A stretch of 64,000 nt of DNA from Octopus sinensis (Eukaryota): contig NC_043004.1 in assembly GCF_006345805.1 (NCBI RefSeq), positions 33,480,001 through 33,544,000 on the forward strand, read 5' to 3'. The first letter of the stretch is position 1; the number at the start of each line of letters is the position of its first letter. Made by a program: the position numbers and the translations under genes. Below the pieces are notes generated by a model, which did no database searches, was not told the DNA's origin, and worked only from the letters and a program-made list of their open reading frames with translations. Of this stretch, positions 50,800 through 62,604 are shown piece by piece.

Positions 50800-50990
50800 G
50801 TTACTCTTTTAGATGCATAACTTTTTCATTTTGCATGTGCAGTTTGAGGTCATTGATCACCCTAATTTTAGCCATCTCATAGCCAGGCCTGCATTTACTC
50901 AGCATCCTTGTCAAAGGGATTAATACAGTGAATGGAGAATCCGAGTCTCCATGAAACATATCCCTGCAGATTTTTCCACTTCCTTTTGAT
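50800..50990 (-). pseudogene. R4/Dong-clade RT fragment (domains 4-5)
   Basis: KICRDMFHGDSDSPFTVLIPLTRML...GYE...NDLKLHMQNEK resembles RGIFQGDSLSPLLF...MDDLKLY. Confidence 0.6.
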
Positions 50991-51009
50991 TTATTTCCAC
51001 ATGTTAGGT

Positions 51010-51405
51010 GTAGGCATAGGAGTGGCTGTGTGGTAAGTAGCTTGCTTACCAACCAGATGGTTCCGGGTTGAGTCCCACTGCGTGGCACCTTGGGCAAGCC
51101 TCGGGCCGACCAAAACCTTGTGAGTGGATTTGGTAGACGGAAACTGAAAGAAGCCCATCGTATATATGTATATATATGTATGTGAGTGTGTATATGTTTC
51201 TGTGTCTGTGTTTATCCCCCCAACATTGCTTGACAACCGATGCGGGTGTCTAATCCCTATAACTTAGCGGTTCTGCAAAAGAGTCTGATAGAATAAGTAC
51301 TAGGCTTACAAAGAATAAGTCCTGGGGTCGATTTGCTCAACTAAAGACGGTGCTCCAGCATGGCCACAGTCAAATGACTGAAACAAGTAAAAGAGAGTAA
51401 AAGAG
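51010..51405 (+). mobile_element. SINE family A, full length with small deletion
   Basis: ggcataggagtggctgtgtggtaagtagcttgcttacc...aaacaagtaaaagagag. Confidence 0.9.
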
Positions 51406-51785
51406 AGAGTTAGTTTTACTTCCGATTTTCACATTTTTTTCTAAAAGAAATCGATTAATATTCTCATTGCCTCTGAAGTCTTCTGGAACTCCAAGAGTCA
51501 ACACAGTGGGACATTATCACACACTATCTTGTGGTCTATCAGACTAATAGTTAAGTTCTCCTTCTTCATGCCACACTTGGTATTCTAACATCAATATACA
51601 ACAGATGAGCAGTTGCTCTTCTTCGCTTCTTTCTTCGTCTGCTTTGCTCATTCTCCAGAAAGACATACAAATCATTTGCAAAACAAAGATAAAAAGCAAC
51701 ATTGAATAAGTGTTGAGAATACCGAGAACTGAGTCTAAAGTGCTGCAGACCATTTCACTATAACTCTACAGTTCATTACATTGTA

Positions 51786-52140
51786 GGGTGGCGAGCTGGC
51801 AGAACCGTTAGCATGCCGGGTGAAATGCGTAGCTGTATTTCATCTGACGTTACGTTCTGAGTTCAAATTCCACCGAGGTCGACTTTGCCTTTCATCCTTT
51901 CGGGGTTAATAAATTAAGTACCTATTTCTTTACTACCCACATAGGGCTAAACACAGAGGGGACAAACAAGGACAGACACACGGATTAAGTCAATTACATC
52001 GACCCCAGTGTGTAACTGGTACGCCTCGGGGTCGATAAATTAACTGGTACGCCTCGGGGTCGATGTAATCGACTTAATTCGTTTGTCTGTCCTTGTTTGT
52101 CCCCTCTATGTTTAGCCCCTTGTGGGGGTATAAAGAAACA
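51786..52140. mobile_element. Rearranged SINE family B: + head/body followed by an inverted duplication of the tail
   Basis: 51925-52010 and 52056-52140 are reverse complements. Confidence 0.8.
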
Positions 52141-52949
52141 TATAACATTACAGTTCAGAAAAAGCATGAACATCACAACATCTGTTCCCTTCTCTCATAA
52201 AGCATATGATCTTTTACTGAAGATAAAGAAACCATAATTACAGGAATATAGATATAATAGGTTTCGATATTCCTATGGCAACTTATTCTCAAAATAGTAA
52301 ATAATAAAATATAGTCACATTTCTGTGGAAGAGGGTCACTTGTTATGGTTCCCATTCAATAAACTTTCTTTCGTTCTCAAGCCTGTCATCGATTTAACAT
52401 TCCATTTTATCTAACTGGCAGGTATTGGACAGGACTACAGCACGGCAACTACTCATTTATCATTACTGCATCATTTCAGCTGAGAGGCGTAACATTCTAA
52501 GCTCTAGTTTATCAAACTCATCCAAAATCTCCTTCATCTGCCTTAATTATTTTTTATAACATCGAAGGAATCTTCTGTCACTCGTATTATCAATGTCATT
52601 TATTCGTTCCCATGTCAAGGTATCTTATTCAAGAAAAGAGTCTCTTCAAAATTCCTCGTAAATTTGTCACATTCTTACATGATGATGACTTCCAATTTCA
52701 GCACAAGGCCAGCAATTTTGAAGAGAAGGTGTTCACCAAATATAACAACAGCATTGACTCCAGTACATGACTGGTATTTTGTCTTATTGAGCTTGAAAGG
52801 ATGAAAGAAAAAGACTAACTATGGTTGGAGTGGAACTTAGATTGTAAAAAGCAGGGAAAAATATCACAAGGTATATTTTTTTCAAGTGCTTTATTGGTTT
52901 TGCTAGCTTACTGCCCTATAACCTGACTTAATAATGGGCATTTCTAGGG

Positions 52950-53157
52950 TGGTGGGCTGACAGTATTGTCAGCTTGCTTGACAAAATACTTAGTGGTATT
53001 TTGCCATCTCTACATTCTGAGTTCAAATTCTGCCAGGGTCAATTTTGCCTTTCACCCTTGCAGGGTCGATTAAATAAGTACCAGTTGAAGACTGAGATCA
53101 ATCTAATCAACTTAATCCTTCCCCAAAATTGTTAGCCCTGTGCCAAAATTTCAAGCC
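52950..53157 (+). mobile_element. SINE family B
   Basis: cattctgagttcaaattctgccagggtcaattttgcctttcacc. Confidence 0.75.
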
Positions 53158-53399
53158 AAATAATAGGAATTTTTATTTTCATTTTCTTAGAAAATCAAAA
53201 ATAAAACATCAATGCATTAGCATCAAAAACAGAGGATGATAAATATTATTATATAATGTGAACCTGAAATAATCTTATGATAAGAAAAATATCATTTATA
53301 CCATGAATAGCGTAAAAGATGTTTAACAGAAGTAGTTGGTAACACATGCTTTCTTGTTTGATTCTACTATGTGGGATTTTGTGCAAGTGTACCTTGCAC

Positions 53400-53950
53400 A
53401 AAACACTTTTCTTCCATCGTTGAAGAGATAAATTCCCTATTTTATGCATTTTCTTTCCAAAGTTTGATAGTGATTACCACAAGTAGGCTTTCAGGTAATT
53501 TTGAAATTTCTATTTGCCTTTATGCATGAATTGTTTTGAATTTTTCTTCATTGGAATTTTCTCTTAATTGCAATAGTTCCAAATTCCTTTTGGAATTTGT
53601 CTAGAGCCATCTTTTCCCAAAGCTTTCACTGTTGTTTGGGTCATTAGGGATAGGTTTTATGTGAAGTTTTTTTTTTTCTGAGAATGATCAGCCTCATATT
53701 GAGCCACTTCTCATATATTCTGTGAAATGGGGTTTCCTCTTTATATCACAGCATAAGGTTGCACAGTAACGCAATTGAAAAACAATTTCCCTTCAGCTGA
53801 ATGGAATAATTCATTCTTAAAGCGAAACAAATCCCAATTAATATCATGCCTGTGCCAAAATATCAAAAGATCTAGAGCATGTTTAAGTACTACAGAAGTG
53901 TCCTCATACTTCCAGCAGTTACTATTTGGCCCAAAAAAGGTTCATTTGTG
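53400..53950 (-). mobile_element. Very degenerate RTE-like LINE 3' region
   Basis: Frameshifted WEKMALDKFQ...KIGNLSLQR resembles the BovB-like C-terminus. Confidence 0.3.
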
Positions 53951-54085
53951 ATATGTAGCAGCAAAGAAGAGAACATATTCACACTTTACACAAGATTAAA
54001 CTTGAAAAGTTTGTAAGGAACCGATTGACAATGATAATTATCATCATCATCACCATCATCTTTATTATCATTATTATTATTATTA

Positions 54086-54121
<36 letters not shown>

Positions 54122-54174
54122 TATTATTATTATTATTATCATCATCATCGTCATCATCATCAATTTACTGATAT

Positions 54175-54390
54175 ACATACTGGTGTCATGCAAACGGTAC
54201 CCATGTCAGTAGCATGTAAAAGCACCCGTTACACTCTTGGAGTGGTTGGCATTAGGAAGGGCATCCAGCCGTAGAAACTATGCCAAATCAGACTGGAGTT
54301 TGGTGCAGCCTTCCAGCTTTCCAGCTCTGGTCAAACTGTCTGACCCATGCCAGTAGGGACAACGGAGTTAAATGATGATGAATATAATGA
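54175..54390 (+). mobile_element. Retroposon family C
   Basis: aaaagcacccgttacactcttggagtggttggcattaggaagggcatccagcc. Confidence 0.8.
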
Positions 54391-54454
54391 TGAAGATGAT
54401 GATGATGATATATACATGTGAGTGTGGGCATGTGTGTATATATTTAAAATTCTT

Positions 54455-55160
54455 ATTGCAATGTTATTGTCAGCCCAAATATGCTTGGTGCGCATTTGAA
54501 CTGGGGAACAAGCTACTCACTGTGTTTTGTCATGGAGAATATATCTCACTTGTTGACAAATGATGTGTATATACCTAGATCAGCTCATAGCGCCACCTAC
54601 CAAGACTGTGAGATGTTAACATTTCAAAGTAATTATCTTCTCTTTGGTCACAGACACTAAGCAGACATCACAGAGCTGAATTAAGAGATTACCTATTTCT
54701 TTATTACCCACAAGGGGCTAAACATAGAGGGGACAAACAAGGACAGACATAGGTATTAAGTCGATTACCAGTGTGTAACTGGTACTTAATTTATCGACCC
54801 CGAAAGGATGAAAGGCAAAGTCGACCTTGGCGGAATTTGAACTCACAACGTAACGGCAGACGAAATACTGCTAAGCATTTCGCCCGGCGTGCTAACGTTT
54901 CTGCCTACCTCTCTTACGGTTTTCCAGTAACCTTACTGTGACCGGCAGTGCTATACGGCAGCTCACCATAAGTAAATTATGGAGGGGGATCACTAGGCAG
55001 TGGAAGAACTAGGTAGATGGTGTTGTGAGCTGATCTAGGTGTATATACACCATTTGTCAACAAGCGAGATATATTTTTCACGACAAAAAGCTGTGCGTAG
55101 TTTGTTCCTCAGTTCGAATGCACATCAAGCACATTCGGACTGATAATAACATTAAAATTT
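54455..55160. mobile_element. MITE with ~150-bp TIRs containing a family B SINE (54690-54905, -)
   Basis: 54460-54600 is the reverse complement of 55015-55155 (ttgttgacaaatg..tgtatata..cctagatcagctca). Confidence 0.75.
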
Positions 55161-55337
55161 CCCTTATCACTGCTTAGTGCTCCACCTCTCTGATTAAAAT
55201 TCTTAATACATCCTTCTGTATATCATATCACATCTCTCAATCCATCCTTCACTTTTGTAAACATGTTTGCTTCTTCACACCCCAGTCATGTTTCAGTCAT
55301 TTTGTAATCCCTAGCGAATCCATACTTTTTTTACCTG

Positions 55338-55433
55338 CTCAAGCTCTCCTTTCAAGCAATGATGATAATAATATTAATATTAATAATAATAATAATAATA
55401 ATAATGTTGATGATGATGATGATGATGACGATG

Positions 55434-55464
<31 letters not shown>

Positions 55465-55499
55465 TGTTGATGATGATGATGATGATGACGATGATGATG

Positions 55500-55542
<43 letters not shown>

Positions 55543-55644
55543 AGATGATGGTGATGATGATGATGATGATGATAATTATCATTGTCATTATTATAATTAT
55601 TAATATTATTATTTTGCTTGTTGTTCTTTTTATTATTATTATTA

Positions 55645-55705
<61 letters not shown>

Positions 55706-55738
55706 CATCATTATTGTTATTGTTGTTGTTATTATTCA
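55338..55738. repeat. Compound AAT/GAT then ATT microsatellite (polarity switch)
   Basis: Directly visible. Confidence 0.95.
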
Positions 55739-55907
55739 TTCTACACCTCTTGCTTCTTATCACACTAGAATCAAATTTTTCATTCTTTGGTATTTTTTAA
55801 CAATTCAGCACATTAAACAATCTGTGAATCTCTTTTTTTTTTAATGTTTTTTTCTTCAATACTTATTTTCTCATATAATACTTCTTTTCATTTGAATTCA
55901 CACTTAC

Positions 55908-55919
55908 AAATAGATATTG
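55908..55919 (-). CDS. Candidate 12-nt symmetric microexon
   Basis: ttatttcgtacAG|CAATATCTATTT|GTAAGT. Confidence 0.2.
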
Positions 55920-56314
55920 CTGTACGAAATAATTAATTGCCATTATTGCATTGTGGGAAGGCACCCACTGCTAATTGTGTTGCTGATAATGGTAGCAGTA
56001 ATAGCAGTAACAGCAATTAATGTTAGTAGTTATATTAATATGGATAGTGACGAAGGTGGTGGTGGTGGCGGGGGTCATGTGATTCCATACTACCAATGAT
56101 AACAATGAAAGTGATGAGGAAGATGATGATGAGGAGGATGAAGATGACGACGACGATGTTGATGGTATAAATGATATAATGACTTAAAATTTCCATCTCA
56201 TATGACACAAAAGACCCTTATATGTCTCTGTTTGTCTAACATTATGCACACACACACACAAACGCAAATCATCATCATCATCATCCTCATCACCACCATC
56301 ATCATCATCATGAC

Positions 56315-56394
<80 letters not shown>

Positions 56395-56594
56395 CCATCA
56401 TCCCCATTGTCTTATAATGCCCTCTTCTTCCAACCTGGCATGCATTAAACAAGCTCCAATGTCTGCTTTGACAAGGTTTCTGCATATTCTTGGAGCCTTT
56501 TTTGTTTCATGGCACCAACACTAGTGTGGTTGCCATAGAGCTGACAAGACCAAGGCCCACCTCATCTAAATGAGCTACAGTTTCTTTGGTGTAG

Positions 56595-56800
56595 AGGCAC
56601 ATGGCTTAGTGGTTAGGTTGTTGGACTCATGACTGTAAGGTTGTGGTTTCAATTCCTGGACTGGGCCAGGTGTTGTGTTCTTTTCATTTCATGTTGCTCC
56701 AGTCCACTCAGCCAGCAAAAAGGAAAATCTTTACAATGGACCAGTGCCCCATCCATGTGGGAATGGACCATATACACCACAGAAACCAGCAAACCATCCC
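56595..56800 (+). mobile_element. SINE family D
   Basis: gaggcacatggcttagtggttaggttgttggactcatgactgtaaggttgtggtttcaattcctggac. Confidence 0.7.
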
Positions 56801-57279
56801 TATCAGTCTGTGTGAGTTGGAAAAGAGAGAACAGCCATGTGGTTACACATATTAGAAAAGAGAGGGTAAGAGTAACTGGGGTCAAATGAGAAAGAGAGAT
56901 GAAATTGTGGTGATGAGGTATCTGGGTTGAAGTGAATGGAGGCAGAAGAGGCTGCAAGAGTTTAAGGGAAGAGTAAGGGTGAGGGATAGGGTTTGGCAAT
57001 GGGTGAGAGGGTGGATATATAATGAATGAAGGACAAGTGTTGAGTGATGATGAATATTATATGTTGGAGGAAGGTAGAGAAGAGTAGGTGACAACTGTAG
57101 CAGTTGGGTTGGTTGGGTGGAGAGGTGGGTGTTGTAAGTGGTAGATAAAGGGTTGGGGGGATTAATGTTGTGTATGAATTGGGGGAAGATGGAGAAGAAA
57201 AGGAGATATAATTTGGCAACTCAGAAGGATGATCAATGTAAAATGTAGAGGGAGAGGAATAGTTGTAAGAATGAAGGAT

Positions 57280-57326
57280 GGACACATACACATATATACA
57301 CTTGCATATATATATATATGTATACA

Positions 57327-57400
<74 letters not shown>

Positions 57401-57490
57401 GTGTATATATACATATATATATATCCTTATATATGGATGTATATACATATGTATATGCACACACTCACGTGCGCACACACACACACACAC
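57280..57490. repeat. (TA)n/(CA)n microsatellite
   Basis: Directly visible. Confidence 0.95.
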
Positions 57491-58644
57491 TTGCCAAGCT
57501 AACAGTAATGCTATTTAATAAATCACAATCACCAATATATGATGAGATCGTCGTTGCTCTTTAACACATCTTCAGTAGCTGCACTACTTTATACCAAAGA
57601 AGAAGAAGGGGGAGGAAGAGGAGGGGAAGAAAACTAAAAACAAAAACAAAACCAAAAAACCCCCAATCTCTCAGTGATTTATCGAAAAGAAATAGAAGTG
57701 AAAAACAATAAAACAATTCCTGTAAATCATAGAATTGGTCCAAGCATTGCTAGTTAATATATGTACAATTGATTTGCTCTGAGTGGACGGGAGGCTAACT
57801 TTTATCGATATACTTAATTAATTTGACACTAGAAAATTAATGGTGGTTAATTATATATGAGAGATAAAATGAATGCCAGGACCATAAGATCCTGGACTAG
57901 ACCAAGTCCTTCATTTCATATATTTACATCTTTTAATGATTGAAGTATTAATTATAATGATTTAAGTGTTAACTTAATATTCTTAACCACTTCAAGAAAC
58001 ATAGTAATTCAGTAAATTTTCCTAATCACTAATAATTCATAAGCTAAAATCATTATCCATGCATTATACTTAATGTATATACATCGTTTTCAGGCCAGTT
58101 ACTGTGGTGTGTGTCCTGAGATAACATCAATAATGAACTTGCTATGTTAAAAAGCACAGGAAATATTGGAGAGAAATGCAAATTTGTCCCAATATTAGCC
58201 AGAAAGAATGTCACATGCATAGGTTTAAAAAGGCTGGAGTGAATCTGATGTTCTTGCTGGCCACTGGTGGGGCAAATTTATGTCTCCTATTATTTATTGT
58301 ATTGTTAACACTATACATCTATAAGAGATGTTATCTCAGGGCAAATACCCCAGCAACAGGCCTGGCAATGACCTATATACATAAGGTATTATACATAGTT
58401 GGCTATTTTATATTGTTTTATCTAAGTACTTATAACTATGAAACTAAATGGTCGAATGAATGCTACAGCAGATAATTCTCTCCATCATTTGCAACACTCA
58501 CCTCTGTCTTGCTTTTTCACCTGGTCCAAACCTCTGTATCACCTCATCTGTTCTCACCCCACCCCCAAAATGCCCTTTGAGGGCATGTCTTGTATCATCA
58601 TCTCTTTCACCATCACTCCCCTTATTTTACTCTCTAACTGATTC

Positions 58645-58875
58645 TATTTCTTTACTACCCACAAGGGGCTAAACACAGAGATGACAAACAAGGACAGACA
58701 AACGGATTAAGTCGATTATATCGACCCCCCCAGTGCATAACTGGTACTTAATTTATCGACCCTGAAAGGATGAAAGGCAAAGTTGACCTCAGCGGAATTT
58801 GAACTCAGAACATAGCAGCAGACGATATACTGCTAAGCATTTCGTCCGGCATGCTAACGTTTCTGCCAGCTTGCA
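58645..58875 (-). mobile_element. SINE family B
   Basis: Full-length match to other copies. Confidence 0.9.
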
Positions 58876-58959
58876 GCCTTTACTCTCTAACTCATTTTCA
58901 TTCTGTTTCCAATTGGGGTTTCCATGTCTCTACAGCAAGACGTCTGTCTCTCTCCTTCT

Positions 58960-59170
58960 TTAATCTCTCAACTGGCATGACACCATTGATGACGGTGAAT
59001 TTACATCCCTGTAACTTAGCGGTTCAGCAAAAGACACAGACACAATAAGTACCAGGCTTAAAATGTAAAAATAAGGGCTGGCGTCAATTGATTCAACTAA
59101 AAATTCTTCAAGGCTGTGCCCCAACATGGCTGCAGTCTAATAACTGGAACAAGAAAATAAGATGAAAGAC
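58960..59170 (+). mobile_element. SINE family A, 3' part
   Basis: gtaacttagcggttcagcaaaagac...ccccaacatggctgcagtc. Confidence 0.7.
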
Positions 59171-59414
59171 AAAAGACACTTGACTAATAAAGAGCACTAT
59201 GTGAATACTTCGACTTTGGTGCCACTGAAAATTTGGTAAAATGCAAGATGTTCCTCATTAAAATATATGTTGGGATGCAAAAACCATTGAATTTAAAATA
59301 TTTTGGTTAACCTTTGCAAATTTTCTGCAAAATAAAGAGAAGATGGCTCATTAAATGGCATATTCATGATTTAAATATTCTTCAGTTCTATATTTAAGAG
59401 ATGAGGAATTATAT

Positions 59415-59547
59415 ACATTATTTACATTATTTACATTTGACGGATATTTGTCCTCATCTTCTTTGTTGTTAACACAACATTTTGGCTGAGATACCCTCCA
59501 GCCTTCATTGGGTGCCTGAGTTCTCATTCCTAAGGTATTTTTCGATG

Positions 59548-59617
<70 letters not shown>

Positions 59618-59688
59618 TGTTTTACCTAAGTACTTATACTCGGAATCTTGGGTTAGTAGCCTGCGCTCTTAACCACTACGCCATATGC
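59415..59688 (-). mobile_element. SINE family E (left arm of head-to-head pair)
   Basis: Minus: gcatatggcgtagtggttaagagcgcaggctactaacccaagattccgag...(AAT)n...aacatcgaaaaataccttaggaatgag. Confidence 0.85.
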
Positions 59689-59694
59689 ACACAG

Positions 59695-59763
59695 GCATAT
59701 GGTGTAGTGGTTAAGAGCACAGGCTACTAATACCAAGATTCTGAGTACGATTCCAGGCAGTGA

Positions 59764-59807
<44 letters not shown>

Positions 59808-59809
59808 TA

Positions 59810-59840
<31 letters not shown>

Positions 59841-60030
59841 TAATAATAATAGAAATAACATCGAAAAATACCTTAGGAATGAGAACCCAGATTCGAAATT
59901 TCCCCAAGACACCTGATGAAGGCTGGAGGGTATATCAGCCGAAACATTGTGTTGGAACAAACATTGATTGGAACAAACAAGATAAGGGCAAATATCTGTC
60001 AATTGTAAATAATGTAAATAATTAAATAAT
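59695..60030 (+). mobile_element. SINE family E (right arm), hammerhead-like core 59908-59953
   Basis: gcatatggtgtagtggttaagagcacaggctactaa...gacacCTGATGAaggctggagggtatatcagccGAAACATTgtgtt. Confidence 0.85.
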
Positions 60031-60436
60031 CTTGTTATGTTGCATTTGGTGATTTCCTTGTTAACAAACTACCTTGCCCTTCACTTTTCTCTGCCAATGC
60101 TACCTGTACTTATCACTAAATCACTAGAATGTGCTGATATCTTTGAGTTACAAAATATTCAATTGTCTTGGAACTTGTCATCGTTTCTACCACAGTGATG
60201 AGGAAAATTTTTGTAGAGTTAAAAAACAAACAATTGGGAAAGAGAAAAAAGTATTAAAAGTTTTGACCAATAAACTTTCTTGCTTTACTTTTTTCTTATG
60301 AGGATTGTTTTCAATAAATTATTTACAAATATTTTATTGTGCATAGAAAAGACAACTGGACTGTAACATGTTTGAAAGATTGGAACAAAAAATTTGAATT
60401 CAAATGAGACCAAAAGTATGAGAAAAAAAGTGTTAC

Positions 60437-60481
60437 CTTCTAATTCTGGATATGAAGGACTACCAAAATACAACCTTATCT
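60437..60481 (-). CDS. Candidate 45-nt symmetric exon (phase 1: EIRLYFGSPSYPELE)
   Basis: ataatgcAG|AGATAAGG...GAATTAGAAG|GTAACA. Confidence 0.3.
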
Positions 60482-60697
60482 CTGCATTATATTTTAAATA
60501 AATTTTAGTAAATTTAAATTCCAAGGATGTTTACTGTTGTTGATTTAGTTAATGATGTCTTTCCCTCTTTCACTGCAGATCTCAGGTTAATAAATTAAAA
60601 TTTATTGGTTCACTTGACTGTCAGATAAAATTTCACATTGCATTTCATGTTCCTGTATCCTGGTGTTGAATGGCTAAAGATATATTATTTTACTCAC

Positions 60698-60713
60698 CTC
60701 TGAATAACAGCAT
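60698..60713 (-). CDS. Candidate start-containing exon end (MLLFR, phase 1)
   Basis: ATGCTGTTATTCAGAG|GTGAGT; acceptor not identified. Confidence 0.2.
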
Positions 60714-61380
60714 AATGTAAATTGAAAAAGAAAAGAAACTCCTGTTCCTTAACAGTGTATTTTCTTTAAAAAAAATCTCATATCTGTTTTAACATAGTAA
60801 ATGTCCACATTATTTGTTGATCCAGAAAGATAAATGCATTTAAGAAACAATGGCCAGTACAATAAAAACATAAATATTTTCTCACATACGGTGGGTGCTT
60901 TATGAGATAAACAAAAATCACGAGATTTATCAAGTGAAACTAGGAAGAAATAAGAAATAAAAAGTATTGTGGAAGGGTTAGAGATTGTATGTAGTGATTG
61001 TAGCAATCGGATATGTGATGTAGCAAAGGAATGACTAATACATCACTTAAAGAACGTGACATTTTGTTAACTAAGAAAGAAATTCTGTGAAGGAACTGAA
61101 ATATCTTGACATGCACTCCATTAAAATTCTGAACATTTCTCTAAGGCAACAGCTATTGTAGCGAAGACACAACTACTCAACACTCCAGCAAACCGAGATA
61201 TAATTCACCAAAGTTAAACGCTCACTTTACAGCAGTAAGTAATTTGCCTCTCGTTGTAAATCTTTCAACCAATGCATTCCATACTTTTTATCAAGGTGTC
61301 ATTCATTCAACCAAACTGAGAAATGTTTCACAAATACAGGAGGTATTTTATTAACAAAAGAGATTTTGAAATGTACTCAC

Positions 61381-61430
61381 CATGTGATCTGTTTTAAATC
61401 TTGAGTTTATTATATGGCAGATCAATACAT
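61381..61430 (-). CDS. Candidate first exon ending in ATG directly at the splice donor
   Basis: aaaacagatcacATG|GTGAGT at 61383-61375, immediately next to the CpG-rich island. Confidence 0.45.
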
Positions 61431-62040
61431 TTCATTTGTAGTGATCCTATAACGGTGCACGCGCACGCACCGTCCATTTTCTATTTCGCGCGTGCGAGTG
61501 TTGGTGCCTTCACCAAGGCACAGAAAGGAAGGGCCCTCTCACGCATGCGCGAACCACCGGAAGCACGACCCTTTTGCCTACGTGGTAGTTAGCCGAGGCA
61601 AGGGGGTCGTAAGACGTTTGACCACTGGCAGCAGTCAGCGGGGACTTGAGACAGTAGCGACTGAAGGCGACGGTCACGATATATTTTCTCTCCGTTCGAA
61701 CTTGATTCTAGCAGCACCATACCAAAAGGCCTTTAACCAAATTGTTGCAGACCAACATCGTCTCCATTGTTCGACGCCATCTTTAACCCGTTCTGTTTTT
61801 AGCGGCTGAACATTGTAAATATTACAATCGATTAACTTTCAGCCTTACGCGCCCAGAACCAAGGACATCAGATAACCACTTATTGTTACTGTTACCAAGA
61901 AAGAGAATAAAGTAGTATATATATCTTTTACGACTGCGTCTTGTTGTTTCTGACTGGTAGAATTCTGGATTATTAAAGCAACGGCTAGTGATTGCCTCTT
62001 GTACCCCGAAAGTACAAGAGAGAATATATACACTCACTAA
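61430..62040. promoter_or_regulatory. CpG-rich promoter-like island, possibly bidirectional
   Basis: Only long non-repeat CpG-dense tract in the window; TTTCGCGC (E2F-like) 61484-91, CGCATGCGCG (NRF1-like) 61542-51, CCGGAAG (ETS-like) 61557-63, CGCCATCTT (YY1-like) 61775-83. Confidence 0.7.
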
Positions 62041-62604
62041 GTTCGTTACACATTCATTTGAAATGCAGACCTACATATAATACCATAATTCAAAAATGCT
62101 TTACTTTGTTTCTTTTCTGGTATCAAGAATTTCAGGAAGAGTAGAACTAAAAATAGTTAAATTTTAAAATTGCTCTGTCTCTTACATTCTGAAATTGAGT
62201 TAGACTTTGGTGAAACTTTATGAATCAAGATATTCATAGTTCATTAAACTATCATTATAATTACACTGCAATTGTCAAGATATTTTCTCTTTTTAAATGT
62301 GAAGTTTAACCCTTTTTTTACCAACCCACCTGAAACCACCTCTAGCTCTATAGTACAAATGTCTTATTTTCAACATTGCTGAATTAAAAATCTTCCACAG
62401 AACCTTAGTCACAATTTATGTTCCTAACATTTGCTCAATGATAACTACGTTATTTCACTTAATTCTTTGTTATATTTAAAATTAATTGAATAGAACACAG
62501 AGTCTCTCAACAGAAATATGGTAACAAAAGGGTTCAATCTGAACAGTTAAACATAGAATCCATGCCTTATTTTCAACTATACAGTTTGGTAATGTAGATA
62601 TAAG

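Noticed and set aside
59695-59765. Possible tRNA genes (also heads at 10822, 22280, 47680)
   Set aside because: No closed acceptor stem, and each continues into a multi-copy SINE body.
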